A stretch of 64,000 bases of DNA from Felis catus (Eukaryota), in the NCBI RefSeq assembly GCF_018350175.1, contig NC_058368.1, positions 215,886,001-215,950,000 of the forward strand, read 5' to 3'. The translations under genes and the position numbers were made by a program. Below the pieces are notes generated by a model, which saw only the letters and a program-made list of their open reading frames with translations, was not told the DNA's origin and did no database searches. Shown here one piece after another: positions 26,678 to 39,530 of this stretch (the first letter of the stretch is position 1; every line of letters starts with the position of its first letter).

Positions 26678-29600
26678 TTGGCTATGTTTGTCTTTTGCAC
26701 ATTTTAAGAGCTTGTTATGTTTCCTGCCTCTGAGAATACTGCTGTATTAAAAAGGGGTCATGCATTGCCCAAAGTCTGGCATTCCAGGAAGTGTTTCTGG
26801 TTTATGCTGTGTGCACTCTGCTGTTACATTTTGGCTACTCTTTCCCACTGGTCAGTTCTCTGCAGAGCTCCTCCTTGCTTACAGTGGTAGAGTGTCTGTA
26901 CCTTTAACTAGGTGCGCTGTGATTTGTTTGTTGAAGTAACCTGGAAAAAAAAGGGAGGTGCTTGATCCCCAAAAAAGAGAAAAAGTAAGGGAACAAAAAT
27001 AACCAGAGAATCAAAAAAAAAAAGGATAAGCCTGATTCCAAATAAAAAGAAAGGGGGAAAAAAGGAAAAAAAGGAAAAGAAAAAAGAATAAAAAAAAAAC
27101 AAAAAAAACGTGATCCAAAAGAGAGAGAGAGAGACAAGTAAAAAAAAAAAAAAAAAAGAAACTATGAGCTTCATCCCCCACCCCATGCCCTCCAAAAAAA
27201 GGAAAGAATAAAAGGGGGGAAAAAAGAAGTGTGTCAGTATTGTTTTGAAGCACTCAATTTTCAGTGCACTTGGTGCATGTGGGGTGCTGGCTGTGCTGGT
27301 CAGGAGGAGAGGCCAGCTGTGTTGGCTCAGAGTGAGTCTTGTCCCAGTAAAAGAGCAGTTGTCAGGCAAGGGGGTCAGGGTTTGGAGTAAGCTGGTCCTG
27401 CCTCCACAGCGGGCCTCTGTGTTGCTCTCAGAAGTCCCACCATGTTGGTATTGGTGTGAAAATGGTGCCACCCCAATCTCTTGTCCTTGTCCTGGATGGG
27501 GAATCTCGCACACCCCACTGTTCAGGCAGTCTTACAGATAGAGGGTAGTCAGCTCCTCCTGTGCCACAACTTTCCTGCTTTTTTTCCTTTGGCGTGGCTG
27601 GGATTCCAAACCCAAAGTCTTAAAAGACCCAGCACTGTGTGGATCTGCTCCCTTCCTCTGTCGTAGAACCTCTCCATGCTGTGTGAAATCCTCTGGCCCT
27701 GAGAAACAGTCTCATGCCTACACAGTGTAGGGAATCTATGCTGTAGCACCACTAAAAGCAGCAAAGTTTATATTCTCTCTGATGTGCCTCTGTCCCCCGC
27801 TGATGAAAGGCCTTTGGTTGGCACCTGCAGGATCTTTCGTCCTTGGGGAAGCAATAAACCCGCTTCCAAAAGTATTCCAGGAAGGGGATTGTTCTCTCCC
27901 AATGCACCACAGAAATGTCTACACCACACTATGCACTTTGGGGCCAGCTCCCCACTCCGTGCTACAGTTCCACTCCAGAGAAAGTCATGTACTTCCAAAA
28001 CCTCAGTTTGAGCTCCAAGCACTGTTTGCAAAAAACAACTGGGACAACCAGGACCTCTCATTCTCCAGTCCGTGGTCGAGAGAGGTTTTGCTCTTGTGGC
28101 AACTTGATGCTGCACTGTCTCAACCCCTCTTTCTTTCTCTCCATTTTGTCTCTCCATGGAAAGGGTTCCCTCCCCTCTGGGGGCACTGCCTTTTTCTGTC
28201 TCCCCCAATTCACTTCCACGACCTCACTCCTGCCAAGTTGTCCCCCACCCCCCACCCCGTGGAGATCCTTCTTCCAGGCTGCAGATCAATTTCCCAGGTG
28301 TTCCAAGTGATCTGATCAATACACCTGTGTTTGAGAGACGAGGAAAACCCAGGGTTCCCCTACTTCTCCATCATCGTAACTCCTCCCTCTATTCTTTATC
28401 CCTCAGCTGTTTTGCTCCTATTGTTTCCTGTTATCATCTCAAATCTAAATAAGAGGTGCATTCCCTTAATAAAAAACAAAAACAAAAAGGAAAAAAAGGA
28501 AAGAAAAACCTCTTCTTTTGACTTATACATGTTTAAGACTATCTTATACCAAAAAAATTTAGAAGGCAGTTTTGGAGACAAATAGATGTGGCACAAGTTA
28601 ACTGCTTGGGAATGCTACAAGATTTCTCTCTAATGCTTCTTCTTTCTCATGTGCCAAAGAAGGAAAATAAGAGCATATTAGAGTTTGTGTAGAAATTAAA
28701 TTATTTTACACATCCAAGGTTTATAAAACTGTCTCACACATTCTAAAAAATAAGCATTAGTCCTCTCTACTTCTTATATTCACAATTCTATAGAAGTTCT
28801 TAGTACATGGAAAATGTGTTTAAGTTAGTATTTGAACAATTAGAATTTTATCACAACATTTAGAAAACTCATTTTCATCCACATTTGTTCATATAGAATA
28901 ATCATTATTTTAGGTGAGTAAGCTCATCTGTTGATTTAAAAAAAAGTACTATAGTTTACCATGAATTGCCAGTTTGAAAGTTTATATTGATCTTGAAAAC
29001 TCAATTCTGTTAAGATAAAAAACATTTTTTGCTATACACTTCCATTACCTATTTGTTTGTTCTGTAACAACATTAAACTTTATATTTCTGACTCTGATTT
29101 TTATGTTTTCAGATACATTTTGCTCATTTCTGTCATCTTCAGATGACAGTTATACTGTATGACCTTGAAGAGTGAAGTTTTTCTTCAGTTTTCCTTTTAC
29201 TATCATGATCTTTTTTAATTAAAAAGTGTTCTACTTAAAAAAAGAAACTTCGTATTTTTGACACTGAATTCACTTTTGAAAGTGATAGAATCTATTATTT
29301 GCTTTTGTTGAGACTTCATCAGACACAACACGTGATGGGGGAAACATCTTACCTGCCCACTCAGAGCACACACTCGACTTCAATTGTTGCATTTCATCTT
29401 TCAGTTTAAAGAAGACTGAATACTATTGAAATCACTCATGCATTTAGAAAGACTTTTGAACTGTTGAGCTTTATCACATATCAATGGCATGTGGCTTATT
29501 ATGCGAATCTTTCACAACTTGCCTGTGTCGTGTCCAGCAGGAAAGAGCATTCACAAATATGTTGACACCTGCTTTCTAGTTGCAACAAACAGGGAATTAA

Positions 29601-30131
29601 CATCTGCAAGGAGGAGATTACACTCATGCATCATAGTGAGTTTTTTCACACGGTCCTGTTATTGCTTCAAAAATACCTCCCTTGTGACACATTCCATGAA
29701 GGAGCTAACAAATCTGCAGGCAGCAGACAACCTTGAAACACTGCTACTGCTGTTGAAAAGTAATTAATGATAATATCTTTTCCTCACCACAATGGCTGCC
29801 ATTTTTAATTTATTATTATTATTTTTTTTTGTTCCTGACTGAGGAACTTATGTATTATTTTTCAAAAATTAGAAGTTTCCATTTATATTGATCCCTAAAC
29901 CAACTTAAAATTTTGTGAATTCCAAAGCATCTCTTAGATTGTCAAATTAGCAAGTGTTTGTATATATTAAGAAGAAAATAAACTAAATATTTTATTGGAG
30001 TACAAATGACATTTACACTCAAGCCTTCCTTTTAAGAAAATGTGACTTCATATATCTTTTTACAAATTTTTAAATTGCTCTGTGACTTGTCACCTGTTGG
30101 CTGCTTATTCTGCGGGATGTTTAGTTTTAGT

Positions 30132-30134
<3 letters not shown>

Positions 30135-30168
<34 letters not shown>
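30135..30168. repeat. (GT)n microsatellite
   Basis: Directly visible. Confidence 0.97.
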
Positions 30169-30170
<2 letters not shown>

Positions 30171-30205
30171 TTAAGAAAATAAATTGCCATTAAAGTAAAG
30201 GGGAT

Positions 30206-30418
30206 GGGCACCTGGGTGACTCAATCAGTTAAATGTCTGACTTTGGCTCAGGTCATGATCTCACAGTTTGTGGGTTCAAGCCCCTCGTTGGGCTCTGTGC
30301 CTGCTTTGAATTCTGTGTCTGTGTCTCCCTCTCTCTCTGCCCCTACCCTCTTCATGCTCTCTCTCTCTCTCTCTCTCTATCTCTCAAAAATAAATAAAAC
30401 ATTAAAAAAGGAAAAAAG
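30206..30418 (+). mobile_element. CanSINE with internal deletion
   Basis: ggctctgtgc|ctgctttg lacks the tgacagctcagagcctggagc segment. Confidence 0.92.
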
Positions 30419-30774
30419 ATAAATGGCTATCAAGATAACATGGTAATTATCTAATTACTTCAATGACTTATCTGTATTATACAAAAACTGTGTATTTTGG
30501 AAGTATTTGTCATCTTGGTAGAAAATAAACTCTTTGCTCCTCGGAGAATATCAGAAAGGTGTTGTATAATATTAGCTTTATAGATAAAACCTCTTTTGTT
30601 AGGGGTCCTATGTGCAAAATCTCAGATGACCATATAAGCGATGGAATGAACTAGTAGATCTCTGAAATTTATTATATATATCAAGTAGGTATATTTTTAT
30701 TTGCCCAATGTAAATGTGTTAAATTCATTTTGAATGCCAAATAAAAATGAGTTATGAATATCTACTAGCATAAT

Positions 30775-31020
30775 TAGATAGCCAACTTTCATTGAGTGTT
30801 TTATTAGATGTCAGGCATTATGCCAAGCATTGTACATATGTTAACTCATGCAGTTTTTGCATCAACCTTCGAAGGTGAATCTAATAATTATTCCTTTTTT
30901 ACAATGCAAAAAATTGAAGTTCAGAGAGGTTAAATAAATTGCCCAAAGTCATAAAGAAAATAAGCAGCAGAGTCTGAATTCAATCCCAGGAAATTTGCTG
31001 AAATTCTAGCACCTATTCTA
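30775..31020 (-). mobile_element. MIR SINE
   Basis: MIR core aaattgaagttcagagaggttaaataaattgcccaaagtca. Confidence 0.85.
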
Positions 31021-31717
31021 ATGGTCATATTCCTTTAAGCTTTATTTAAAATTTTCAAGCAATTAAATAATAACCATAAAATGCACTTCAAGTAATTTCC
31101 CACATAGATTAAAATGTTTCAAATTCTTAATCTTCTTTGCTTTTCTCAGTAGAATCTCTTTAAATCCCTTATTATCCTAGTGTGTGGATTTGCTAAGAAT
31201 TTTTTAACTTGTTCAATTCATTGTGTTTTTGTTTTTGTTAATCAATATAATTAAAATATACTTATAAAGGAGAGGAAAAGTCAATACAGAGAACAAAATC
31301 AATAATATTCAGATTCATTAAATATAGAGTTTAACTGTAGATGTATGATTATATAAAATAGTAATTTAATAAGGAATCAACTATATTTAAATGTAAAGTA
31401 ATTTACATAAAGCATATTATCAACCTCTATTCCTCAAAAGAAAAGCCTTTACAGTGTGAACAAGAATTATTGATATATCTAGTCTTTCTGAGCCCTTTGC
31501 ATTAAAAGACACTTAGAGTTTTTTATTCTAGATATTAAATTTACATTGTTGTCTTCTGCTGTATAAATGCAATGCAAATTTTCTTATATTGTAATTTCTA
31601 TGAACTCAATCGCTGTGTATTTTGCTTTCTCATGAAAGATCAAGTCTCTGATGAATGTTACTAGCACAATCTATGCTATTCACGAAGTAAATTTAAATGG
31701 ACAAATGATTCACAAAT

Positions 31718-32012
31718 TATATTAGTCTTCTCAGGTTGCCATAGCAAAATAGTGTAGACTGAATGACTTAAACAACAAACACTTATTTTCTTCAAATTCT
31801 GGAGACTGGAGGTCCAAGATCAAGTTGACAAAAAGGTTGGTGTCTGGCAAAAAGGTTGGTGTCTTTTCGTGGCTTAGATATGGCACCTTTTCTCTGTGTC
31901 ACCACGTAGTTTTTCCTCTGTGCATGTACAGAGTCAGAGAGAGGGAAGAAGAGCATGCTTTGATGCCTCTCTCTCTCTTTTTAAATAAGGCCACCAGTCC
32001 TATTAGACTGTA
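31718..32012 (-). mobile_element. MaLR LTR (MLT1A/B-like), partial
   Basis: tattagtc...cttaaacaaca...ttctggagactggaggtccaagatcaag...aaggccaccagtcctatt. Confidence 0.85.
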
Positions 32013-33124
32013 TGCTCTGTAAGGCTCTAGTCCCTGAAGATTCAAAGGGAAACAAAATTTACTGCCATCAAGATGCTCACATTCTAGTATGAAAATCAGA
32101 GGGTAACTAAATGAGTCAGTTCCAATAAAAGCATGGCATGGTGGAATGCTAAGCAAGTAGGTAGATAGGTATAACTTTCATGGAGAAACTGATTTTAAAA
32201 AAAAAGACAAATGACACACTTTTGGGTGATATGGAATAAACCAGAATTCACAAGCAGATGGATGATTAGAGTCCATGACCAACTGTATATTCCAATTCGC
32301 ACAAACTTGCATATAATTACAAATAAGTTCGGTATAGCCAGAGCAATGAAGAGGATAGGTGAGAAAAAGGGATAGCGAATGATATTTGAGGCATTTGTAC
32401 TCAGTACTAGGAATAAAAGAAAGGGTTATCAACAGGTATGAGCATTATTAGCCTTTTATACACACATGGTATTATTCAACGAGATGTTGGGGAATAAAGA
32501 TACTGGAGGTTTGAAGCCAAGAGGATTTTGCAATAGTCTAACTGTCAGAAAACAGGAACCTAAATTAATGTAATTACATACATAACAGGGAAGAAAGGAC
32601 AGAGTCAAATAATGCTTGAGAAGTCTGATAAGTACGTTATGATGAGTGGTAAGAAGCATGGAAGAGTCAGTGTCAAAGCCTGGATTTCTAACTTTGATCT
32701 AACAATTCACATGGGTTGAACTGATTTATTGTCTGCAGCTGGTGGTTGCTGTTGGTTGTTGTAGTTGTTGTATACGTGTGTGTTGGGAGTCACAGGATTG
32801 TTGTTTGTTAGCAGTTGTTCAAAATGGTTGCACACTGAGTGGTCTGGTACACCTAATATATACACTATTTAGAGGAAGAAGTCTGGTTGGTAGTATATTT
32901 GCATATGGATATAGAACTCAGAGATGAGGTATGGGTATGGTTTTGGAAAGAGGTAACATTGGGTAGATGATTATGTGAGAGATTGCATAAGGAGTGAATG
33001 TTGTATCACATGAGAACTGATGGAAAAAAAAAAACAAAAAACTACAGCCAAGCAAAATTTAAGAAAGAGACATCATTTAAGAAAAGAAATAAGAAATAAA
33101 ACTTCAGAAAAATATTCTAATTCA

Positions 33125-33440
33125 ACACCCATTCCCTAATGACTTTTCCTTGCCAACTTTACTCCAGAGATTAGAAAAGCCAATATTTGCTTCTCTGTCT
33201 CTACTGCTATTAGGAATGACCGATAAAACAATTTTTACTTTAGAAAACAAAAGTAAAACAAGTGGGTAGCTTCAAGGAAAGCTTTTACTTTCCTGATGCA
33301 AGGCTGTGATTTTGCTGATGCCATCTCATTTGCCCTTCTTCCTGTGTTGAATATGAATAGGATGACTGATGTTGCAGGATAAATGTGGGGAAAGCCACAC
33401 AAACCATGAACTGTTGCCCTTGAAGCTCTGAATCACTCAG
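33125..33440 (+). mobile_element. Degenerate MLT1-type LTR fragment
   Basis: ggaaagcttttactttcctgat...tttgcccttcttcctg...gatgttgcag. Confidence 0.5.
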
Positions 33441-33444
33441 CTGT

Positions 33445-33755
33445 ACAAGACGAATAAGTTCTAGAGATCTGCTCTACAACATAGTGTCTGTGTTATACTT
33501 AATACTCTTTGAGGCACCAAAAAATTATAAAAAAGTGTAGATGTCATGTTAAGTGTTTTTACCCCTCCCACCCCTGTCAAAAAGAGGTGGGGGGCATGAG
33601 GAAATACGGTTTGCAGTTCATGAATATACGTATTACTTTGATCATAGTGATGGTTTCACTGGTTTATGCATATGTCCAAACTCCTCAAAGTCTATGTATT
33701 AAATATGCAGTTTTTTAATATATCGATTATACCTTAAAAATCATTAAAAAATAAT
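33445..33755 (+). mobile_element. Old L1 (L1MB-like) 3' end
   Basis: aataagttctagagatctgctctacaacatag...gtgatggtttcac...atgtccaaactc...attaaatatgcag. Confidence 0.75.
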
Positions 33756-33847
33756 AAATCATATTACTTCAAATATTTTGTTATCTAGAGACAATATATC
33801 ACTTTTGTTTAAGCCACATAGTAAAGTTCTTACCTTTTTTTTAATTT

Positions 33848-34075
33848 TTTTTTTTTTTAATTTTTTTTTTCAACGTTTACTTTTATTTTTGGGACAGAGA
33901 GAGACAGAGCATGAACGGGGGAGGGGCAGAGACAGAGGGACACACAGAATCAGAAACAGGCTCCAGGCTCTGAGCCATCAGCCCAGAGCCCGACGCGGGG
34001 CTCGAACTCACGGAGTGCGAGATCGTGACCTGGCTGAAGTCGGACGCTTAACCGACTGCGCCACCCAGGCGCCCC
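33848..34075 (-). mobile_element. Young SINEC_Fc inserted in the tail of an older SINE
   Basis: Near-consensus and CpG-rich; both flanks read t(t/a)aattttttt. Confidence 0.95.
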
Positions 34076-34297
34076 TAAATTTTTTTGTAATGTGTATTTA
34101 TTTTTGAGACAGAGAGAGACAGAGCATGAACGGGGGAGGGTCAGAGAGAGGGAGACACAGAATCTGAAAGAGGCTCCAGGCTCTGAGCTGTCAGCACAGA
34201 GCCCGACGCAGGGCTCAAACTCACGGACCGCAAGATCATGACCTGAGCCGAAGTCGGCTGCTTAACTGACTGCTTAACTGAGCCACCGAGGTGCCCC
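34076..34297 (-). mobile_element. CanSINE (SINEC_Fc2-like), tail split by the 33848-34075 copy
   Basis: TSD ttacctttttt (33830) / ttactttctttt (34298); local duplication gcttaactgact gcttaactga. Confidence 0.93.
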
Positions 34298-34334
34298 TTA
34301 CTTTCTTTTCTAAATTTAAGTTTTTTTTCTTCCA

Positions 34335-34553
34335 ATTATTTATTTATTTATTTAATGTTCATTTGTTTATTTTGAGAAAGAGAGAGCACAAGCAGAAGAA
34401 GGGCAGAGAGAGGGGGAGAGAGAGAATCCCAAGCAGAGTCCGCACTGTTAGCTCATAGCCTGATGAGGGGCTCGAATTCACAGACACTGAGATTGTGACC
34501 TGAGCTGAAACCAAGAATAGGACACTTAACTGACTAAGCCGCCCAGGCACCCC
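34335..34553 (-). mobile_element. CanSINE inserted in an L1 tail
   Basis: (ATTT)n tail; tccaa on both flanks. Confidence 0.92.
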
Positions 34554-34780
34554 TCCAAGATTTTGTTTAAATTCAAGTTAGTTAACATATCGGATAGTAT
34601 TGGTTACAGGGGTAGAATTAGTGATTCATCACTTACACATAACACCCAGTGTTCCTCACAAGTGCCTTTCTTAATACTCATCACCCATCTAGCCCATCCC
34701 CCCTTCCACTTCCCCTCCAGCAACTCTGTTTGTTCTCTATAGTTAAGAGTTTCTTATGGTTTGCCTCCCTCTTTGTTTTT
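34554..34780 (-). mobile_element. 5'-truncated carnivore L1 3' end
   Basis: aaattcaagttagttaacata...gtgattcatcactta...ttatggtttgcctccctct, homologous to 21196-21410. Confidence 0.9.
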
Positions 34781-35120
34781 GGCTTCTTGAAGAAGGGTGC
34801 ATTCTAAGTATTACAAAGAAGCAGTGAGTAAGGCAAAGAGGTGAAACTCAGAAACAGTCATTGTTAATATGCATTGTCACCTTTATACCAAGAAGAAATA
34901 AAAAGAAAGCAACTCCAAACTGTTCATGTGAATGAAGAGTAAAATATAATTTGCAAAAAATTGGTTTTATCTTACAATTTGGAAATTCTCAATAGACCTA
35001 AATTTATGATAGATACGTCATATAATTAACCTAATATTTCCAGCTCTTACAAATTAGTGTTAAATATATCTTACTCAACTCAATTTTGAATAGATCAATA
35101 ATTCAATGAACATTGTTTTT

Positions 35121-35319
35121 TTTAATATTTATTAATTTATTTTGAGAGAGAGCACATGCAAGGGGAGGGGCAGACAGAGAGGGAGTAGACAATCCCAAGC
35201 AGGCTCTGCACTGTCAGCACAGAGCCTGATGCAGTGCTCAATCCCACGAACTGTGAGATCCTAACCTGAGCCAAAATCAAGAGCTGAACACTTAATTAAC
35301 TGAGCCACTCAGGTGTCCC
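35121..35319 (-). mobile_element. Older CanSINE
   Basis: TSD tgaacatt(g/a)ttttt at 35107-35120 and 35320-35333. Confidence 0.93.
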
Positions 35320-36053
35320 TGAACATTATTTTTAAGAAATAAGAGATATTGCCTTCATTTGTTTCTAAATTGGAAATAGACCTTTTTCATGATAAAGGTA
35401 ATGCATGCTTATCAGAAAAAAAATCAGATAATATAGATCAGTATAAAATAAAGTGGGAAAAATATTTACCAAAAGACAACTGTTTATTTGGTACCTAAAC
35501 TTCCACATTTTTTTCTTTGTTTCACTCATTATTTAAGATGTACCAAAACATACTGACTGAGGAATGTTATCCAGAAATTAATGGAATACATGTATAATAA
35601 TTTTTATATAGATATTTTTGTTATATAGCCAGATCAGAGAGTATTAGCTTTATACTTATATTTTCACTCATTATTTATTAAATATGTTTTATTTCTATTA
35701 ATAAATTTTGTGAATGGAAGCCCTCGTGTTTTAGCTTCTATTATTGAAGAGGGTACCTATACTAAAGCATAGATAGTGTGAATTAGATAGCATTCAGTTA
35801 AATACATCATCAAACAAAAAACTTGACAGGTATAAATAAATTAACTTTGCATTGGAGAAAAAATGCTACAGCTTTAAAACTAAAAAAGTGTAGAAGTTTC
35901 ATTATTTTTTTTCTTTTCCTTGCCATTGACTTAATTTAATACACACTTATCTAGTCATTTTATTATTTAAATTTGCCTTGTCAATTCACTATGGTTCAAA
36001 AGGCATTATGGTTTAATTAATATAAGAGATAATATCAAAATTTACAAACTGTA

Positions 36054-36267
36054 GGGGACCTGGGTGGTTCAGTCAGTTAAGCGTTTGACTCTTATCTTGG
36101 CTCAGGTCATGATTTTCCAGTTCATGAGTTTAAGCCCTATGTTGGACTTTGTGCTGACAGCGGGGAACCTGCTTGGGATTCTCTGTCTCCTCTCTCTGCC
36201 CTTCTCTGTTTACCCTCTCTTTCTCTCTTTCTCAAAATAAATAAATCAGCATTTAGAAAATAATAAT
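36054..36267 (+). mobile_element. Older CanSINE
   Basis: TSD aaaatttacaaact(g/a)ta at 36037-36053 and 36268-36284. Confidence 0.93.
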
Positions 36268-36532
36268 AAAATTTACAAACTATATGTGGAATATACTAAA
36301 GAATTTGAAATATAATCTGAAGTTGGTCTATGTATTTCATTGTTTATCTTTAGTGTTTTCTTCTTAAATTTGGAACCATATAGTGCACACTCATTTAATA
36401 AGTGTGTACTTTTATAGTTTTCACTTTATTGTGATCATGGAACAATGAATATAGATCCCCAAGTATGTCAACTCTATGACTAATATTGCACCTTATAACC
36501 ATATCTTAATTTAAATAAATAGTTTACTGCTT

Positions 36533-36722
36533 AAGACACCTGGGTGGCTGACTCTTGGTTTTGGCTCAGGTCTTGATCTCAGAATTTGTGAGCTCTAGCT
36601 CCCTGTCAGGCTCTCTGCGGACTGCATGGAAACTGCATGGGGTTTTCTCTCCCTCTCTCTCTCTTTCTGCCTCTCCCCTGCTCGTGTACTCTGTTTCTGT
36701 CTCTCAATAAAGAAATAAACTT
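36533..36722 (+). mobile_element. Older CanSINE with head deletion; tail targeted by a second SINE
   Basis: cacctgggtggct|gactcttgg; CT tract; tail ends aaataaactt. Confidence 0.85.
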
Positions 36723-36937
36723 GGGGCGCCTGGGTGACTCAGTCGGATGAGCGTCCGACTTTGGCTCAGGCCATGATCTCTCAGTTTGCGAGTTCGAGCC
36801 CCATGTCGGGCTCTGTGTTGACAGCTCAGAGCCTGGAGCCTGTTTCAGATTCTGTGTCTCCCTCTCTCTCTGTCCCTCCCCCACTCATGCTCTGTTTCTC
36901 TCTGTCTCTCAAAAATGAATAAACATTAAAAAAATAA

Positions 36938-36962
<25 letters not shown>
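36723..36962 (+). mobile_element. CanSINE with (AAAT)n tail nested in the preceding SINE tail
   Basis: TSD aaataaactt at 36713-36722 and 36963-36972. Confidence 0.93.
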
Positions 36963-36968
<6 letters not shown>

Positions 36969-39294
36969 ACTTAAAATTAATAAAAAACAAAAAATATTTA
37001 TTAATATTATTAATACTTAATTAATATGAAACTTTGTTTATCTTTTCAAAAGATGAGATATGCATTTTGGTTGCTTTAATTTTTGAAGACTGTTGACGCA
37101 ATTTATTTTACAGATGATACACTTTGTCAACGTGTCTTTTATTGCGCTGTTTTCTGGGTTTGTTTGTTTGTTTGTTTTGTTTTGGATGTTGAAAGTACAT
37201 CTGTTTTGTTTAAATAAAATAAATAAATGAGAATGATCATTTAGTGATTTCACTCAATTTAACAACTCCAATGTCAAATTCTCTCTCTTTGTGCATTTTT
37301 GCTTATATCTGATTTAACAAATATTGACAAAAAGTTCCACTTCCTGAGGGTAGTTATTTTCTGTGAGTAAAGAGATAGATTTGTTTATAAAGAGCTACAC
37401 AGTTTTAAATTTTGGACTTGCCTACTAAGTACTATCAGAAATGACACCTAACAGCAATTTTTAGAACCATCTCATTTACAAACCAAACGAAATCAAACAA
37501 ACAAACAAAACACCCACAAAATACCCTTTGATTTCATGGTAATTACTAGAAAATTAGCAGGTGGAAAATAAAAATGTAAACTAGAATATAGTAACTAATA
37601 ATATTTTATTTCAAACATATATTTTACATACACAACATTAAGTAGATTAATAAAAAAATGAGTAGATAAACATTGAGAAACAATCAAGTTACGAGGATAT
37701 TAAATTAATAAACAAATTAATCAGCCAAAGTAGAACATCTGGTCACCTTTGCTTAGAAATTATAATGGAGAGTTAGTGCCTTTCCATTTCTAACACATAT
37801 TCTTAAGCTACAAGTACATTTGTTGCCCAAAGAATTTCTCCTGCTCTAGTTATAGTGCTGGATAAGTATTGTCTTTGCTCTCTCTACTGCTGTGTTTACA
37901 GAGAATATATTGACACATAAAACTGGTTCACCAAAGTCACTTCTAAAACAGGCAGTAGGAGTTGAACAATCCTATGTAGAAGCACTTGGGCTTACTCATT
38001 ATAAGAAATGAATTTCTTTTACTGGTTTAGAAAAGTCTGGATCATTGTCACCCGGACCTCAGAGCACTAAGCAGGCATAAAAGCAGCAGAAGGAATGTCA
38101 AAAGCAAAAGCAGATTATTTTAACAACAGTTGGCTAGCTTCATTTAAATGTTGCAGTTAAGCCAACTCGCAATATGAGTGCTCATCAGGTCTGTGAGAGC
38201 CAAGAAAGATTAAGTTGCTGGTTTAAAGCGACGCATCTCCTTGTGCCTTGAAATCTATTTCTGGAGTCTAAAGGCCATTTAAAAATATTCAAACAGTTAA
38301 ATTACAGAAATTAGGGCATCATACCCAAACTGTAAAGGGCTTTGCTCATATTTCAGGCTATTAAAGGGTTACACATTAAAGAAATCTGAAACAAAATTTG
38401 ATAGGAGTGAGCAGACAAGCTCTGTCATTACTTCAATACAAACTTGAAAAGTCCACCATTGTTCTGTATGTAGTCCCCGTATATGAAATATTGTGAAAGA
38501 GGACAACCTGTAATGCCCATTCGGTACCAATATCTATTTCTTTGACTAATTTGTGTTTTCATTAGAGTTATCATTTCTATCATTTCATATGACTTGTTAA
38601 AAATACAAATAATTGATTTAGGCGTTAACATTTCTCCATATCCTCCATTCTTATAATTATCAAAAGAAGTTAAATTTCTCTGAGCTTTGAATAAGATTAT
38701 ATTTTTTGATCAAAATATAGCTTTTATATTTGTGTAACATAAAATCTTGGCATAAAATACATGTATAAAGTAATTTTCATACTACCAAAGAGGCATATAA
38801 AATATAAAAATCATTAATATTATTATTTTTAAAAGCATTTCACTTTTGCCTGGAAAGAATGAAGTCGAGCTTTGCTGAACTGTTTTCACCTTCATTAAGA
38901 GGATAAGGATTTATCCTCTTGCTTTTTGGAGATAAAGATATGTGAGATATCCTTTGCCATTGTTACCTCCATTGTACCTACAATGAACCTATTAGCTTTT
39001 ACACTCTGCTTTTTTATCCAATTACATTGTGTGCTTTTTCTTTTTCCCCAGATATTGTATATACCTTATGGCTCATCTTATTATATTCCTGGCACCAAAA
39101 ATTCCAGATAATGAATACTTGAATGTGTGCATTTAGCCCATGTTAGGGTATATATTAGGCACCTTACAGCTCCTCAGCAAATAGGGTACCAACCATCTCC
39201 TGTTGATTATTCATGCCCAGTGGGATACAGAATATTTTATTTAGTCAGGAATATAGACTTTGTTTACTGCCCGCCATATCTCTCATTCTCTAGC

Positions 39295-39530
39295 AGATTA
39301 GCCCAGCTGTTTTCACCCAGTTGGAAGAAGTGGTGCATGAGTATCAAGACAGCAAGCCCAGCCAGCAAGCTTAAAGTTTTCGCTCCCAGTGGATTTGTTA
39401 TTGTCACATTGGCCAAAACAAGTCACGTGGGCAAGCCTAGGTTCAGAGCAGGAGGGGACGGCACAAGTGCATGGAGAGATGGGGTATGAACAGCCAGGGG
39501 TTGCTACCATAATGCGTCATAATGTCTACT
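39295..39530 (-). mobile_element. MLT1H-like LTR fragment
   Basis: tgtcacattggccaaaacaagtcacgtgggcaagcctag. Confidence 0.65.

Larger units (their letters stand above)
21175..28387 (-). mobile_element. Full-length inactive carnivore/felid L1 with two SINE insertions
   Basis: Carnivore-type 3' end with A-rich tail at ~21175-21200; ORF2 and ORF1 remnants; ~1.7 kb 5'UTR ending GGGAGGAG...GGAGAAGTAGGG; degenerate TSD ctctaccttttc / ctctattcttta. Confidence 0.95.

Noticed and set aside
26908..27513. 201-aa F-rich ORF
   Set aside because: Arises from the low-complexity tract of the L1 5'UTR
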